Shown here: piece after piece, positions 33,310 to 33,350 of the stretch
Layout of the letters: every line of letters begins with the position of its first letter
Position numbering within the stretch: the first letter of the stretch is position 1
Assembly: GCF_001194135.2 (NCBI RefSeq)
Contig: NC_069002.1
Span: forward strand, 23,295,293 to 23,328,642
DNA length: 33,350 bases
Direction: 5' to 3'
Origin: Octopus bimaculoides
Taxonomy: Eukaryota
Notes under the pieces: generated by a model
Told to the model about the DNA's origin: nothing
Seen by the model: only the letters and a program-made list of their open reading frames with translations
The model's database searches: none
Position numbers and translations under genes: made by a program

Positions 33310-33350
<41 letters not shown>

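Overview
AT-rich, microsatellite-dense eukaryotic genomic DNA from a gapped draft assembly. The repeat families (tRNA-headed SINEs, RTE tails ending in (GAT)n) suggest a cephalopod, probably Octopus; this is an inference. One host gene is supported: a minus-strand alpha-carbonic anhydrase. Five in-frame GT-AG coding exons are visible (19361-19216, 18447-18352, 13091-13025, 11971-11811, 10513-10139; about 281 aa). The three Zn-binding histidines are intact, there is an extra loop of about 46 aa near the C-terminus, and the protein ends in a GPI-anchor-like tail. The 5' exons (signal peptide, QSPI, NNGH) could not be found. The rest is mobile DNA: a 5'-truncated RTE LINE with a PHD-type finger, two tandem R4/Dong-like fragments in (TAA)n, SINEs, and mariner-, pogo-, hAT- and TTAA-type MITEs, plus many fold-back elements. 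The least expected signal is a set of minimal type-I hammerhead ribozyme motifs. One has a complete core, lies on the CA sense strand (26031-25985) and sits inside a 343-bp terminally redundant retrozyme/Penelope-like unit. Most ORFs in the supplied track are microsatellite or N-gap artefacts. Repeat boundaries are approximate and were read by eye.
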